A stretch of DNA of 64,000 bases from Candidatus Eiseniibacteriota bacterium (GCA_043809585.1 JBDROZ010000088.1:1-64000); one strand, 5' to 3'. Shown: positions 1-10,444, counted from the first letter of the stretch. The notes: a model not told the origin generated them from the sequence alone. Translations and numbers: made by a program.

Positions 1-85
1 TCTTCCAAGAACTCCGGACTGCCGTGTGGCCTCATCATCCACCTCCTGCCCGGAGTATAGGACTTTATTTATGCGATTGTCAATA
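1..85 (-). mobile_element. Probable left end of an IS630-family insertion sequence with start of its transposase (runs off window edge)
   Basis: The minus strand reads TA|TTGACAATCGCATAAATAAAG...TATACT...AGGAGGTGG ATG ATG AGG CCA CAC GGC AGT CCG GAG TTC TTG GAA (MMRPHGSPEFLE). This resembles IS630 transposase N-termini (MRPxGSxxxLExRR) as I recall them, and a TA dinucleotide at 84-85 fits IS630 target preference. Only 12 codons are visible. Confidence 0.5.
54..83 (-). promoter_or_regulatory. Sigma70-type promoter (TTGACA-N18-TATACT) driving the leftward gene at the window edge
   Basis: Near-consensus -35 at 83-78 and -10 at 59-54 in an AT-rich patch, followed by an AGGAGG RBS and ATG at 38/35. 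Confidence 0.6.
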
Positions 86-496
86 GTGTTTCCCGGGGGC
101 CATCGGGACCCCCTTCCTCTCGAAGGAGGCATACGCCTCGAGGGCGACCATTCTCGGGTCGTCCGCCTCGAGCACCGCCCCCTCGAGGGGGTTCTGGATG
201 CACCAGTTGATCATCTCCCGGAGGGCGATCACCCGTCCGAGCTGCTGCTGGAACTTCGGATACGTTTCCGGGTGGGTGTTCGCCGCGTTCGGATGGCACT
301 GGCCGCAGGCCACGCCGTTCGTGCCGATCTCCGGGCTGCCCCAGAGTCTCCGGCCTTCGTTCACGACGGTCATGTACTCGCCTTCCCAGCGCTTCAGGTC
401 CTCCTCGGTGAATTCGTCGGCCCGCACCGAGAGGGAACTCCCGATCACCGCGAGGACCATGGCCGCAATAGCCGCCCCAATGACTCTCTTCAGCAT
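80..496 (-). CDS. Small periplasmic monoheme cytochrome c, SoxA-like
   Basis: Sec signal peptide, CGQCH heme motif, and a YPKF...LREMINWCIQNPL segment resembling the SoxA heme domain with a Cys candidate ligand. AGGAG RBS. Confidence 0.8.
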   Translation of the reverse strand: MLKRVIGAAIAAMVLAVIGSSLSVRADEFTEEDLKRWEGEYMTVVNEGRRLWGSPEIGTNGVACGQCHPNAANTHPETYPKFQQQLGRVIALREMINWCIQNPLEGAVLEADDPRMVALEAYASFERKGVPMAPGKHY

Positions 497-507
497 CGTC
501 CTCTCCT

Positions 508-1587
508 TTAGAAATGGGCCTGCGGAGGGATCCGCCGGTTCGGGTCCTGGAACTCCCGGTCCTCGGGCCGGCCCGTTTTCGGGTCAAAGGCCACGACGCG
601 GTTCTCGTTGTTGTACAGGTTGTAATCCACCGCCACCCGGCCGTTATCGAGATCGATGAGCTGCCATCCCGTCGCGTCCCTCTCGAAGAACGGATCGGCC
701 CGGTTCATCGGCACCGTCAGCTTCGGGAGGTGCTGCTTCGCCTGGGCGTAGCTCTCGGGGTACGGCCAGGGCCAGGCGGTGGCCATCACGGCGTGGAAGC
801 TGATGTTGTCGATCTGATTGTACTGGATCTGGTGCACGTGGCCGTAGATCACGGTGGCGTCCTTGAAGGGCTTCAGCAGCGCCTGGACTTCCTCGGCGTC
901 CTCGGTCCAGAAGTTCCACCCCTTGTAGATCTTCTGGATGGGAGAATGGGAGAAGACCACGACGGGCGTCTCCTTCTTCACCTTCCCGAGATCCTCGGCG
1001 AGCCACTTCCGCTGCTCTTCGCCCACCATGAACGGAGAGCCGTTCGGGTTGTCGAGGCCGGCCATCTCGAGCATGCGCTGCTCGGCGGTGGGCCAGCGCT
1101 CGTGGGTCCACTCGTCGTAGGTCAGGATGCTGTTCAGCACCACGAAGTGGACCCCCTTGTGATCGAAGCTGTAGTGGTGGTTTCCGAACAGCTTCGACCA
1201 GTACTTGCCGAGGTCGAGGTAGTAGTCGTGTTCCCCGAGCAGCGCGTAGGTCTTGTAGTTCAGCTTGGCGAGCATCTCCGCGCCGTGGTCGAGTTCTTCT
1301 TTCTTTCCGAGCTGGCCCAGGTCGCCGCCGAACATGACGAAGTCGGGCTTCGGATTGAGAAGGTTCGTCTCCGCCACGGCCCGGATCAGTCCCCGGTCCC
1401 AGTTGCGAACGAACCGGGCCCCCTCGATCTGCTGAATGTGGGCGTCCGAGATATAGGCGAAACGGAAGTTCTTTCTCGGGTCGGCGAAGGCGAGCTCCAC
1501 CATGCTCACGGGAAGCAGGCTCGCGGCCGCGGCCGCTCCCGCTCCTTGCAGGAACCGGCGGCGACTCAGTCTGCGGGATTCTTTCAC
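508..1587 (-). CDS. Tat-exported calcineurin-like metallophosphoesterase
   Basis: GTG start at 1587 after AAGGAGG; twin-arginine signal SRRRFLQ; motifs SDAH, GGDL, GEHD, FSH, GHVH. It is the C-terminal part of track ORF 508..3159. Confidence 0.85.
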   Translation of the reverse strand: MKESRRLSRRRFLQGAGAAAAASLLPVSMVELAFADPRKNFRFAYISDAHIQQIEGARFVRNWDRGLIRAVAETNLLNPKPDFVMFGGDLGQLGKKEELDHGAEMLAKLNYKTYALLGEHDYYLDLGKYWSKLFGNHHYSFDHKGVHFVVLNSILTYDEWTHERWPTAEQRMLEMAGLDNPNGSPFMVGEEQRKWLAEDLGKVKKETPVVVFSHSPIQKIYKGWNFWTEDAEEVQALLKPFKDATVIYGHVHQIQYNQIDNISFHAVMATAWPWPYPESYAQAKQHLPKLTVPMNRADPFFERDATGWQLIDLDNGRVAVDYNLYNNENRVVAFDPKTGRPEDREFQDPNRRIPPQAHF

Positions 1588-1598
1588 GATCGCCTCCT

Positions 1599-2738
1599 TT
1601 ACTCGGTTCCGGACGCTTCCGCGAACTGATAGCTCGTGAGCGCCTCCATGAATGCCACGAGATCGTCGATCTCGGCGTCGGTCAGGCCGAGCGGGCGGAT
1701 GCCGCCGCTCAGGAAGTCGTTGACCTGGTCTCCCTCCGTCGTGACGCCGCCGTTGTTGTAATGTTCCACAACTTCCTTCAGCGTCTTCAGACTGCCGTCG
1801 TGCATGTACGGAGCGGTGAGATCGATGTTGCGGAGCGTCGACGTCTTGAAGGAACCGAGGTCGTCGAAGCCGCGGCTCACGGCGAACCGGCCGAGTTCGG
1901 AAGTCTTCGGGTCCGTGAGGACCTTCACGTCCACCTCCGACAGGGTCGCCTTCGCCTTCAGGAATTCCCCGGCGAGCTTCGGCACGTCCTTCTGGATGCC
2001 GTTGATTCCGACGCCGATGTTGTGAAAACGGTTGTCCGTGAAGAGCGCCTGAGTCTGTTCGATCCGGTGGCACGAGACGCACCGCCCCGCATTCACGAAC
2101 AAGTCGAACCCCCGCTTCTGGGCATCGGTGAGAGCGGTTTCGTCGCCGCCGTAGAGGTAGCGGTCGAACGGAGAGTCGCCCGCGACGACGGTCCTCTCGA
2201 AGGCCGCGATCGCCAGGGTCACCTCCCGGATCGTGGTCCCGTCGCCGCTCTTTCCGAACACCTCCTGAAACCGCTTCGTGTAGTCGGGATCGCTCCGGAC
2301 GATGGCGAGAATCGGCTCGTGGTCCTTCAGCCCCATCTCCACCGGATTGACGAAGGGATGAAGCGACTGGTCCTCCAGGTCCGGGGAGCGCCCGTCCCAG
2401 AAGAGGGTCGTGAAGTAGGCCGAGTTGATCACCGTCGGGGCGTTCCTGGTCCCCGTCTTCTTCTCGATTCCTTCGGAGACGAGAAGCGGGCTGTCGGTGA
2501 AGGCCTTGTCCTCGGCGTGGCAGGTGGCGCAGCTCACCTCGCCGGTCGTGCTGAATCGCTCGTCGTTGAAGAGAATCTCGCCGAGCTCGATCTTCTCCGG
2601 CGTCATGGGGTTGTCTTCGGGAATGGGTGCGGGCGGAAGCCCCAGCAGGGGATTCTCGCCGCCCGCCGCGACGACTCCCGCGGCGAGCATGACCAGCAAT
2701 CCCGCGGCGAGAACCGCCCTCGGCAGATGGTACATCAT
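1599..2738 (-). CDS. Di-heme cytochrome c peroxidase/MauG-family protein
   Basis: Signal peptide; CATCH and CVSCH; RNAPT, FWDGR, NPVEMG, FKTSTLRN, TAPYMHDG motifs. Confidence 0.9.
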   Translation of the reverse strand: MMYHLPRAVLAAGLLVMLAAGVVAAGGENPLLGLPPAPIPEDNPMTPEKIELGEILFNDERFSTTGEVSCATCHAEDKAFTDSPLLVSEGIEKKTGTRNAPTVINSAYFTTLFWDGRSPDLEDQSLHPFVNPVEMGLKDHEPILAIVRSDPDYTKRFQEVFGKSGDGTTIREVTLAIAAFERTVVAGDSPFDRYLYGGDETALTDAQKRGFDLFVNAGRCVSCHRIEQTQALFTDNRFHNIGVGINGIQKDVPKLAGEFLKAKATLSEVDVKVLTDPKTSELGRFAVSRGFDDLGSFKTSTLRNIDLTAPYMHDGSLKTLKEVVEHYNNGGVTTEGDQVNDFLSGGIRPLGLTDAEIDDLVAFMEALTSYQFAEASGTE

Positions 2739-2741
2739 GAT

Positions 2742-3206
2742 TCACCCTCCTTCCGGTGACTTTGCCTTCTTCCCCGCGCAATCTCCGCAAAGACCGCGAA
2801 ACTGAACCCGGTGGTCGGTTACCTCGAACCCGTGGGCCGAAGTGTCCGGCGAGGGAAGGGCATCGAGACGCCCGTCGAAAATGTCGATCACCTTGTCGCA
2901 GCGAAGACAGACGAGATGGTGGTGGAGGTCGACTCGCGGGTCGTAGCGGACCACGCGGCCGGGATGGCACGCCTTCGTGATCAGCGCCAGTTCCGCGAGG
3001 GTTTCGAGCGTGCGGTACACCGTCGCCCGCGAGATCCCGGCCCGCCGCCGGGAAACCGCTTCGAACACCTGATCGGCCGACGGATGGTCGTTCAGATCGA
3101 GGACCGTGTCGAGGATAATCCGGCGCCGGGAAGTGCACGGCACACCCCGGTCGCGGCAACAGGACTCGAGCGCGGCGAGCCGCCTCCGTTTATCCGGTTC
3201 GTCCAT
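2742..3206 (-). CDS. Fur-family transcriptional regulator (PerR-like)
   Basis: DHPSADQVF, ISRATVYRTL helix-turn-helix, HHHLVCLRC and CGDC zinc motifs. Confidence 0.9.
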   Translation of the reverse strand: MDEPDKRRRLAALESCCRDRGVPCTSRRRIILDTVLDLNDHPSADQVFEAVSRRRAGISRATVYRTLETLAELALITKACHPGRVVRYDPRVDLHHHLVCLRCDKVIDIFDGRLDALPSPDTSAHGFEVTDHRVQFRGLCGDCAGKKAKSPEGG

Positions 3207-3696
3207 GGATCACCTTCGCCCGCGGGCGAACGAATCGAGAAACCTGGTTGCGACATTATCTCATCTGAGGAGCGGGGTCAATCCAGTTTCTAACCTGGCT
3301 AACTTCCCGGGGGCCATCCGGCCGGCAAAGGTGGATACCCACTAATCTATTTTAAATGAATCTGTTATGGAAATATCGACAAGGCCGTCCGGCAAGTTTC
3401 TTTGACGACCCGCCCGATCGCCCTCGCCCGAAACGGGAGAGCCCCCCGAGGGGCGGCGCTTCGCTCTCACATGGGGCTCCCACGAGATCGGGGGCGGGCC
3501 TTTCGGTCCGCCCCCGTCGTCGCGTTCCGGCGAGGAGAGAACTACCTGAGCACGACGAACCGCTCGATCTCCGCTCCGCCCTGGTCCGACACGAGCCGGG
3601 GGAGACACATCCCCATAGAGGTTGCGGAGACAGCGCAAATGGGATTGAATCGAGTGGCGGCGGGGCGGGAGGCTCCGCCGGTGGGGGGGAGCGCTC

Positions 3697-5010
3697 TTGA
3701 ACCGTCCGACCTTGCCGCTCCGAAAGAGGACCGCCTTCACGCTCGTCCTCCTCCTTCTCGCCCTGCTGCTCGTCGAGGGATTCGTCTTTCTCGCCTACTG
3801 GGCGATCGAGAAACGCCCCTTCCCCCGCTCCGAGTTCCGAACCGCCATGGCCCTTGCGGGCCGGGGGGGCGATCCCGCCGCGGATCGCGAGACGGAGGGA
3901 GGGGAGATCACGGTCGGCGACCGGTGGGTCGAGGTCATTCATCCGTACCAAGGGTTCGTGCAGCACCCCGAGAAAAACCCGGACCGGTCCGTCTACGGCT
4001 TCCCGGGAGGAGAGGCCGATCTGTTCGTCGGGCGCGGAGCGGGGCGGCTCGTGATCGGCGTGTTCGGCGGCTCCTTCGCCGCCGAGACGCACCGGTACGG
4101 GATGGAGACCATCGCCCGGGAGCTGGAGCCGCTAGGCAAGGAGGTGGTCCTTCTCAATCTCGCCATGGGCGGCTACAAGCAACCCCAACAGTTACTCACG
4201 CTCTCCTACTTCCTCTCGCTCGGGGCCGAGTTCGACGGGGTCGTCAACATCGACGGCTTCAACGAGGTCGCCCTTCCCCTCGCGGAAAACGTGCCCGGCG
4301 GGGTGAACCCGTTCTTCCCGAGGAAGTGGTCGTGGCGGGTCATGGGCACGCTTCCCCCCGAGTCGATCACGGACCTCGCCGAGATGGGGGCGATCGATCG
4401 GCGGCGGCGCTCCTTTGCGCGGACGTTCTCCGAATCCCCTCTCCGGCGGAGCGTGACCGCCTCCTTGATCTGGCGATTCGGCGACGGGCGCATCGAGCGG
4501 CGGCGCGCGGAGATCGAGCGCTCCCTCGCGACCCGCGGGCGGTCGTCGACCGACTACTCCCTCACGGGCCCCCCCGCGGAGTTCAAGAGCGACTGGGAGC
4601 TGTGCGCGGCCCTCGCGGCGAACTGGGAGAGGAGCTCCCGCCTCATGAACGATCTCTGCCTCGCGAATGGCGCCGTGTACCTTCACTTCCTGCAGCCGAA
4701 CCAGTACGTGGAGGGCTCGAAGCCGATGGGCGAGGAGGAGAGGCGGGTCGCGATCTACTTGGGCCACCCGTACCGGCCCGGCGTTCTCCTCGGGTATCCG
4801 TTGCTCTGCGAGCGGGGCCGGGCTCTCGCCTCGGAGGGGATCCCGTTCCACGATCTCACGATGATCTACTCGGGTATCCCCGACGCGATCTACCGCGATT
4901 CGTGCTGCCATCCGAACGAGAGGGGCTACCGGCTCGTGGCCCGGGCGGTCGGCGAGGCCCTTTTCGCCGCCCTGTCGGGCGGGCGGGAACTCCCTCCCCG
5001 CTCCGAATAG
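3697..5010 (+). CDS. Membrane-anchored SGNH/GDSL-like protein
   Basis: N-terminal TM helix; FGGSFA, NLAMGGYKQPQQL, DGFNE, FLQP and D-x-x-H-like YRDSCCHPNERGY motifs. Confidence 0.7.
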   Translation: MNRPTLPLRKRTAFTLVLLLLALLLVEGFVFLAYWAIEKRPFPRSEFRTAMALAGRGGDPAADRETEGGEITVGDRWVEVIHPYQGFVQHPEKNPDRSVYGFPGGEADLFVGRGAGRLVIGVFGGSFAAETHRYGMETIARELEPLGKEVVLLNLAMGGYKQPQQLLTLSYFLSLGAEFDGVVNIDGFNEVALPLAENVPGGVNPFFPRKWSWRVMGTLPPESITDLAEMGAIDRRRRSFARTFSESPLRRSVTASLIWRFGDGRIERRRAEIERSLATRGRSSTDYSLTGPPAEFKSDWELCAALAANWERSSRLMNDLCLANGAVYLHFLQPNQYVEGSKPMGEEERRVAIYLGHPYRPGVLLGYPLLCERGRALASEGIPFHDLTMIYSGIPDAIYRDSCCHPNERGYRLVARAVGEALFAALSGGRELPPRSE

Positions 5011-5037
5011 AAGCCGGCGCCGCCCCCTGAATCAACG

Positions 5038-5068
5038 AGAAGCCGCCGGAGCCTTCCGGCGGATTCTT
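5038..5068 (+). terminator. Stem-loop downstream of SGNH-like gene
   Basis: AGAAGCCGCCGGA-GCCT-TCCGGCGGATTCT inverted repeat. Confidence 0.45.
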
Positions 5069-5221
5069 CATGCCCGGAGATCCGGACAGGCGCCCGCGCG
5101 CGGGGGGTGCGCGCACCGGTCGCCCCGTCGCCGCCGCCGCGGGCCGCTCTTGAGAAGGACGGGACGAGTCGTTAGAATGCCGGTGAAACCGGGTTGTCTC
5201 CGGGGGGAGTCCTCGATCGAC

Positions 5222-7614
5222 ATGAGAATCTTTCGTCTTCTCGCGCCCGCCATCTTCCTCTGCCTCGGGGCGGCCTCGGGAGAAGATTCGGAACCCCTCT
5301 CCCGCGAGCGTGTCCGGGCGGCCCTCGTCCTCTCCCGGGCGAGCGTCGAAGCCGGTTGGTACGGCCCTCAGGTCTCCGCCCAGGGCTGGGGCGGTGTCGC
5401 CTGCCTCGCCGGAACTCCCTACGACACGAGATTCCTCGAGGAGATCGTCCGGGAGCTCGGCGAAGGAAACCCCGCCGGGTACGACGCGATCGCGCTCATC
5501 CGGTGCACTCACGTTCCCGATCGGATCTACGACGATCTTTGCGGCGTGGTCCGGGAGTACCTCGGCGGCGGGGGATGCCTGATCGTCGACGGACCGCCCG
5601 CCGTCTGCGACGACCGGGGGGGGCGCGGGATCCTTCCCGGCTCTTCGAGGCGCTCGGCATGGAGTATGTGGGGTACTTCGGAGGGCCGGCCTACCGGATC
5701 CGGGTGGAGGAGAACGACCACTTCATCACCAGAACCGAAGATACCGGCGCCTATCTCACCCAGCCCCTCGACAACCCGACCGACGTGATCCGCTTTCGGG
5801 AAGAGGGCCTGGTCCTCCTCGCGGCGGCCGGAACCGAGGGGGCGCTCCCCTTCCTTTCGGTTCGGGAAGAAGGGCCGGGCCGGATCGTCCTGGTCAGCGG
5901 TTTGTTCGCGTCCGCCGGCGTCACCTCCCTCTTCCTGAACCAGAGCCCCCTCGGCTTCTATCCGAACCGGGTCTTCGACCCCCTGATCCGGGCACTCCAA
6001 TGGGCGGTCTACGGGGACCCCCGCGGTCCCTATCCGGCGCCCCAGCTCTCCAACGCGGAGATGACCGTCATGATCCGGCTCGACGCGGACGAGAGCGCCG
6101 ACCTGGATCAGCAGATCGAGACGCTCGACTACCTCGACAAGATCGCGGAGGAAACAGGCGTGGTCGCTCTCTACGGGTGGATCGCGGCGGACGCGGCCAA
6201 GGCGGGGTGGGACCGGCTCGCCCCCCTCGCGGGCCGGCTGGAGGAGCGGGGGGGCCAGATCGGGACCCACAGTCACCATCACGAACTCGAAGGGACGATC
6301 ACGGACGAGATCGCCCGGATCGAACTGGACTCGGCGATTCTCGAGATCGAAACGGGCGTCGCCGCGCGGGGCCACCCGATCGGGACCGTCGACTACTTCA
6401 TCAATCCGAACAACACGATCCCCATGGTCCACTACGGGTACCTGGCCGACCGATTCACGTTCTACATGACCCACGGGTTCGAAAGCCGGGCGCCGGTCGC
6501 CTACGGCAACCTCACGTGGTATGCGGGGGATCATCACGACTTCGTGGTGGTGAACGACTCCCCCGTCCCCGACTACCAGTGGTTCTACGACCCCGAGTGG
6601 AAATACACCGTCGACGAGGCGACCGCCTACGAGGATGCCCTCTTCGATCACCTCTTCACCGGAATCGGCCGGGGCGTCCTCTTCAATCAGATGTGGCACG
6701 ACTACGGGGTGAACTCCGCGCCGATCGAATACGGGGACGGCTTCGACTGGTGGGGGCTCTTCCCGAAACGGACCTATCCGCCGGGAGACCTCCGCCCCCA
6801 CTACGACGCCCTTCGGGCGAAGTTCGCCGCCTATCCCGTCTACTCTCCCGACGCGGTCGATCTCGGCCAGAAACTCCGCGCCCTGGCCCAGTGGGATCTC
6901 TCCTGGAAGGTCGAGGGGAACCGTCTCGTGATCGACCTCGATCTCAGAGGCGCCCCGTCCGATTCCCTGGGCCGGTACGTCGGGGGGATGGCGGTCCGGA
7001 TCGAAGACCGCCCGACGCCGGTCCGGTCGGTCCTTCTAAACGGCGAAGAGCTTCCGGCGTTCCGGGACGACCGGGTCATCCTGCCCGATCTCGGGCCCGG
7101 TCCGAACACGATCGAAGTGACGTTCGGCGAAGAGCCCTTGCCGGGGCCCCGCCTCGTCTACGCGTCCAAGAGAACACCCTCGATTCGACGGGAGGGGAAC
7201 CGGATCGTCGTCGACGTGAAGACGAAGGCGAAGGCCCGCTTCTCCTTCCACGTGGACGGTCCCTTCGTCCTCATGAACGCCGACGAGCAGACATGGGACG
7301 GGGAGGAAACCCTTCACGGGACCGCCTCGTCGGACCGCCGGGTCGTCCTCGAGGAGACGCCCGATCTCGGCCTCTCCTTTCTTCGATGCACCGTGCCGAT
7401 CCTCGGATATGAAAAGGAGGAGAACGCCTTGCGGTTCACCCTCGGGGCGCCGAAAGGGGATGAGCGAACGATCGTCCTCGAAACGCGCCGCCCGGTCCGC
7501 GGGGCGACATTCGACGATCATGACCTTCCTCTCTCCGACAGATCAGGGCCTTGGCGGCTCGACCTCCCCGAGTACTCCCGCGCCGGAACGCTCGTCGTCC
7601 GCTTCGGAGAGTGA
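5222..7614 (+). CDS. Secreted protein with polysaccharide-deacetylase-like (NodB-type) domain; frameshifted at a G8 run (5616-5623)
   Basis: ATG 5222 with signal peptide (MRIFRLLAPAIFLCLG) in the frame of ORF 5150..5788. Coding sense continues in the frame of ORF 5194..7614 (IRLDAD, IGTHSHHH metal motifs). One extra G joins them. Confidence 0.65.
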
Positions 7615-9007
7615 TCGGCGGCCGGGGGTTCTCTTCCTGATCCCGACCCTCGAGGCGGGGGGGGCGGAGCGGGTCTGCCTGCACTACGTGAACGGCCTCA
7701 CCCGTTTCCGGCCCGTCCTCGCGGTGCAGTTCCGCCGCGGGGCGCTGCTGGAGGAACTCTGCCCGGGGATACCCCTGGAGGAACTCTGCCCGAGGATACG
7801 CCTTCACGAGATTCAACGGCCGGCGCCTATCGCCGCCGCCGATGAGCGGAACTACCGCCGTCGGCGGGGCCCGCTGCGCCGACGGCTCGCCACCTTCGTC
7901 GAACGTCGCCTGGGAGAGGGGACAACCCGGTTTCTCCAGGAAAGGGAGCGGCGGTGGAACGCTTTGGTCCGCCGCGCGAGGACGGCGCTCCGTCCTCCGG
8001 TTTTCAACCCGGGAGGGAGGAGGCGACGGTTTGGGGGCCTCCCGAGGCTCCATCTTCCTTTCCATTTCCTCTTCCTGCTCGGTCAGGCCCGGCGCGTGGC
8101 CGCGCTCGCAAGGGAGACGGAATGCCCGATCGTCTCCGGATTCCTCCCCTTCACGAACGGGATCGCCCTCTTCGCGAAGGTGTTCTTCCATCGCCGGCTG
8201 AAAGTGGTCGTCAACGTGCACAGCGTGAAGAGCCGGATCCTCGAGGGGGAACCCCCTCGGGAGCGTTTCCTCATCGGATTCCTGATCCGCCGCTTCTACC
8301 CGAAGGCGGACCGCGTCGTCGCCGTGTCGGAGGGCATCCGGCGGGATCTGGTGGAGAGCTTCGGCGTCCCCGAGAGCAAGATCCTGGTCGTTCACAATCC
8401 GATCGATCTCGACCGGATCCGGCGCCTCTCCCTCGAGCCGGTCGACCACCCGTGGGTTTCCACGCCGGAGAAGCCCCTCGTCGTCGCCGCGGGACGGCTG
8501 GTTCGGCTCAAGGGCTTCGACCTGCTCCTCCGGGCGTTCGCCGGACTCCGGAAGAGTGCCGGCGCGAGGCTCTGGATCGTCGGCGACGGGGAAGAACGGG
8601 AGAATCTCGAGGGATTGGTCCGGGAACTCCGTCTGGAAGAGCGGGTCGCCCTTCTCGGGTTCCGGAAGAATCCGTGGAAATACATGAGGCTCGCGGACTG
8701 CCTCGTCCTCTCCTCGCGGGTCGAGGGGTCACCGAACGTGATCGGAGAGGCCCTCGCCCTCGGCCTCCCCGTGATCGCCGCCGACTGCTCGCCCGGCATC
8801 GGGGAGTATCTCGGGGAGGGGCGTTACGGCGTGCTCGTTCCTCCGGAGGACGCCCCGGCCCTCGCCTCCGGGCTCGACGATCTGTTGGCCGACGGGGACC
8901 TCCGAAGCCGCCTCGCGGCCGGAGGGGCCGAACAGGCGGAGCGATTCGCCCTCCCCCGGGCCGTGGCGACCTACGAGACCCTTCTCGAGGAGGTCGTCCG
9001 GGAATGA
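7611..9007 (+). CDS. Glycosyltransferase family 4 (GT-B); start uncertain
   Basis: GGAERV, AVSEG, GRLVRLKGF, EGSPNVIGEA motifs. GTG 7611 overlaps the upstream TGA but needs +1 G at G5 7624-7628; the alternative is an in-frame ATG at 7520. Confidence 0.85.
7748..7801 (+). repeat. 27-bp in-frame tandem duplication (LEELCPGIP/LEELCPRIR)
   Basis: CTGGAGGAACTCTGCCCGGGGATACCC followed by CTGGAGGAACTCTGCCCGAGGATACGC (2 mismatches). Confidence 0.9.
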
Positions 9008-10233
9008 CGGCGCACCCCCCCTCCACCCCCGGCGCGCTCGATGAAGACGGCCTCGAGCCGCGGCGCGTGCTCTTCCTGATTCCGACCCTCGAATACGGGG
9101 GGGCCGAGAGGGTGTTCGCCACCTATGTGAACCGGGCCCGCGCCATCGCACCGTCAGTGCTCCTCCACCGGGGTCTCATCGCCCCTCCCCACCACCCGTC
9201 GCCGGGGATCCCCCTCTCCTTCCTGCTCCCGGCGGAGCCCCGCTCCAAGCGCGATCGCTTCTGGAGCCGGTGGGAGCGTTTCCCCCTGCTCGCCCGGATC
9301 CGCGAGGCCTGGCTGATCCGGAAGGCCGCGGGTCGCCAGCGGTGCCCGGTCGTCTCCAGTTTTCTCCTGAAGAGCACGCGCGTGGCGGTCTTCGCGAAGA
9401 TCTTTTTCGCGCCCCGCCTCCGGGTCGCGGCCAACGTTCACGAACTGATGAGCCAGCACCTTCGTCACGCCCATCCATTCCCTCCGAGCCGGCGGCTTCA
9501 CGAGGCGCTCGCCCGCTTCGCGCTCCGGAGGGCGGACCTGGTGATCGCCGTGGCCGAAGGGGTGAAGACCGATCTCGTCGAACGGTTCGCCGTCCCGGCG
9601 GAGAAGATCCGGGTCGTGTACAACCCGGTCGACGTGGGCGGCGTGCGGCGATCGGGGGAGGAACCTTGGGGAGACGAGTCGTACGGCCCCCCGGGGCACC
9701 GGCTCCTCGTCTCCGTCGGGCGCCTCGTCGAATTGAAGGGTCTCGACTACCTCGTCGACGCCGTCGCGTCGATCTCGCCCCGGTGTCCCGTGACGCTGAT
9801 CATCGTCGGAGAGGGAACCGAACGTCCCGCACTGGAGGAGCGGATCCGAACGGGGGGGCTCGAAGACCGGGTCTTCCTGATCGGCGCGCGGGAGAACCCT
9901 TGGAAATACATGGCCCGTGCGGATCTCTTCATTCTCCCTTCGTTGACCGAGGCGTTTCCCAACGTGATCGGCGAGGCGTTCGCCCTCGGAAAGCCGGTGA
10001 TCGCCGCCGATTGTTCTCCGGGGGTCCGGGAGTATCTCCGGGATGGCGCGTGCGGCCTGCTCGTCCCTCCGGCGAACGCCCGCGCCCTGGCCGAGGGGAT
10101 CGAGCTCCTCCTCGAAGACCCGGCGCTCGGCCGGCGATTCGTGGAAAACGCCGGTAACTGGTTGCCGATGTTGGAGATTGAAGGGTCCGTCCGGAGGTAC
10201 GAAGAGGCGCTTGCCACCCTCTGGAAAGGGTAG
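9004..10233 (+). CDS. Glycosyltransferase family 4 (paralog of upstream GT4)
   Basis: ATGA overlap with upstream stop; VLFLIPTLEYGGAERV, GRLVELKG, EAFPNVIGEA motifs. Confidence 0.9.
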   Translation: MTAHPPSTPGALDEDGLEPRRVLFLIPTLEYGGAERVFATYVNRARAIAPSVLLHRGLIAPPHHPSPGIPLSFLLPAEPRSKRDRFWSRWERFPLLARIREAWLIRKAAGRQRCPVVSSFLLKSTRVAVFAKIFFAPRLRVAANVHELMSQHLRHAHPFPPSRRLHEALARFALRRADLVIAVAEGVKTDLVERFAVPAEKIRVVYNPVDVGGVRRSGEEPWGDESYGPPGHRLLVSVGRLVELKGLDYLVDAVASISPRCPVTLIIVGEGTERPALEERIRTGGLEDRVFLIGARENPWKYMARADLFILPSLTEAFPNVIGEAFALGKPVIAADCSPGVREYLRDGACGLLVPPANARALAEGIELLLEDPALGRRFVENAGNWLPMLEIEGSVRRYEEALATLWKG

Positions 10234-10444
10234 ATCCCCCCCGCCCCCCTCGCTCTCTTCACTGCCCGTACCCGAAAGAACAAAAGAAATAACGGTTCTT
10301 TGAGAACCGCCGAAGCTTTGTGATAGAGGGGCTTCTATTCATAGAGGCGCCCCGGCGGGCGGGGATCGTCGCGCGCGCCCCCTCGGCCGGGAGCCGGATG
10401 GGATCGACAACCCCTCATTGCGGGCATGGGGAAGGGGATCGGCA

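Noticed and set aside
80-496. Sox sulfur-oxidation pathway
   Set aside because: Only a short SoxA-like domain is present; no soxX, soxY, soxZ or soxB in the window.
508-3159. 883-aa ORF as a single protein
   Set aside because: Only the last 359 aa (from GTG 1587, with its own RBS and Tat signal) are protein-like; the rest is an off-frame overlap of the peroxidase and Fur genes.
3237-3301. Defined PerR/Fur box upstream of the regulator
   Set aside because: Only a weak AACC-T-GGTT palindrome and a promoter-like TTGACC/GATAAT pair with a short 15-bp spacer; too weak to call.
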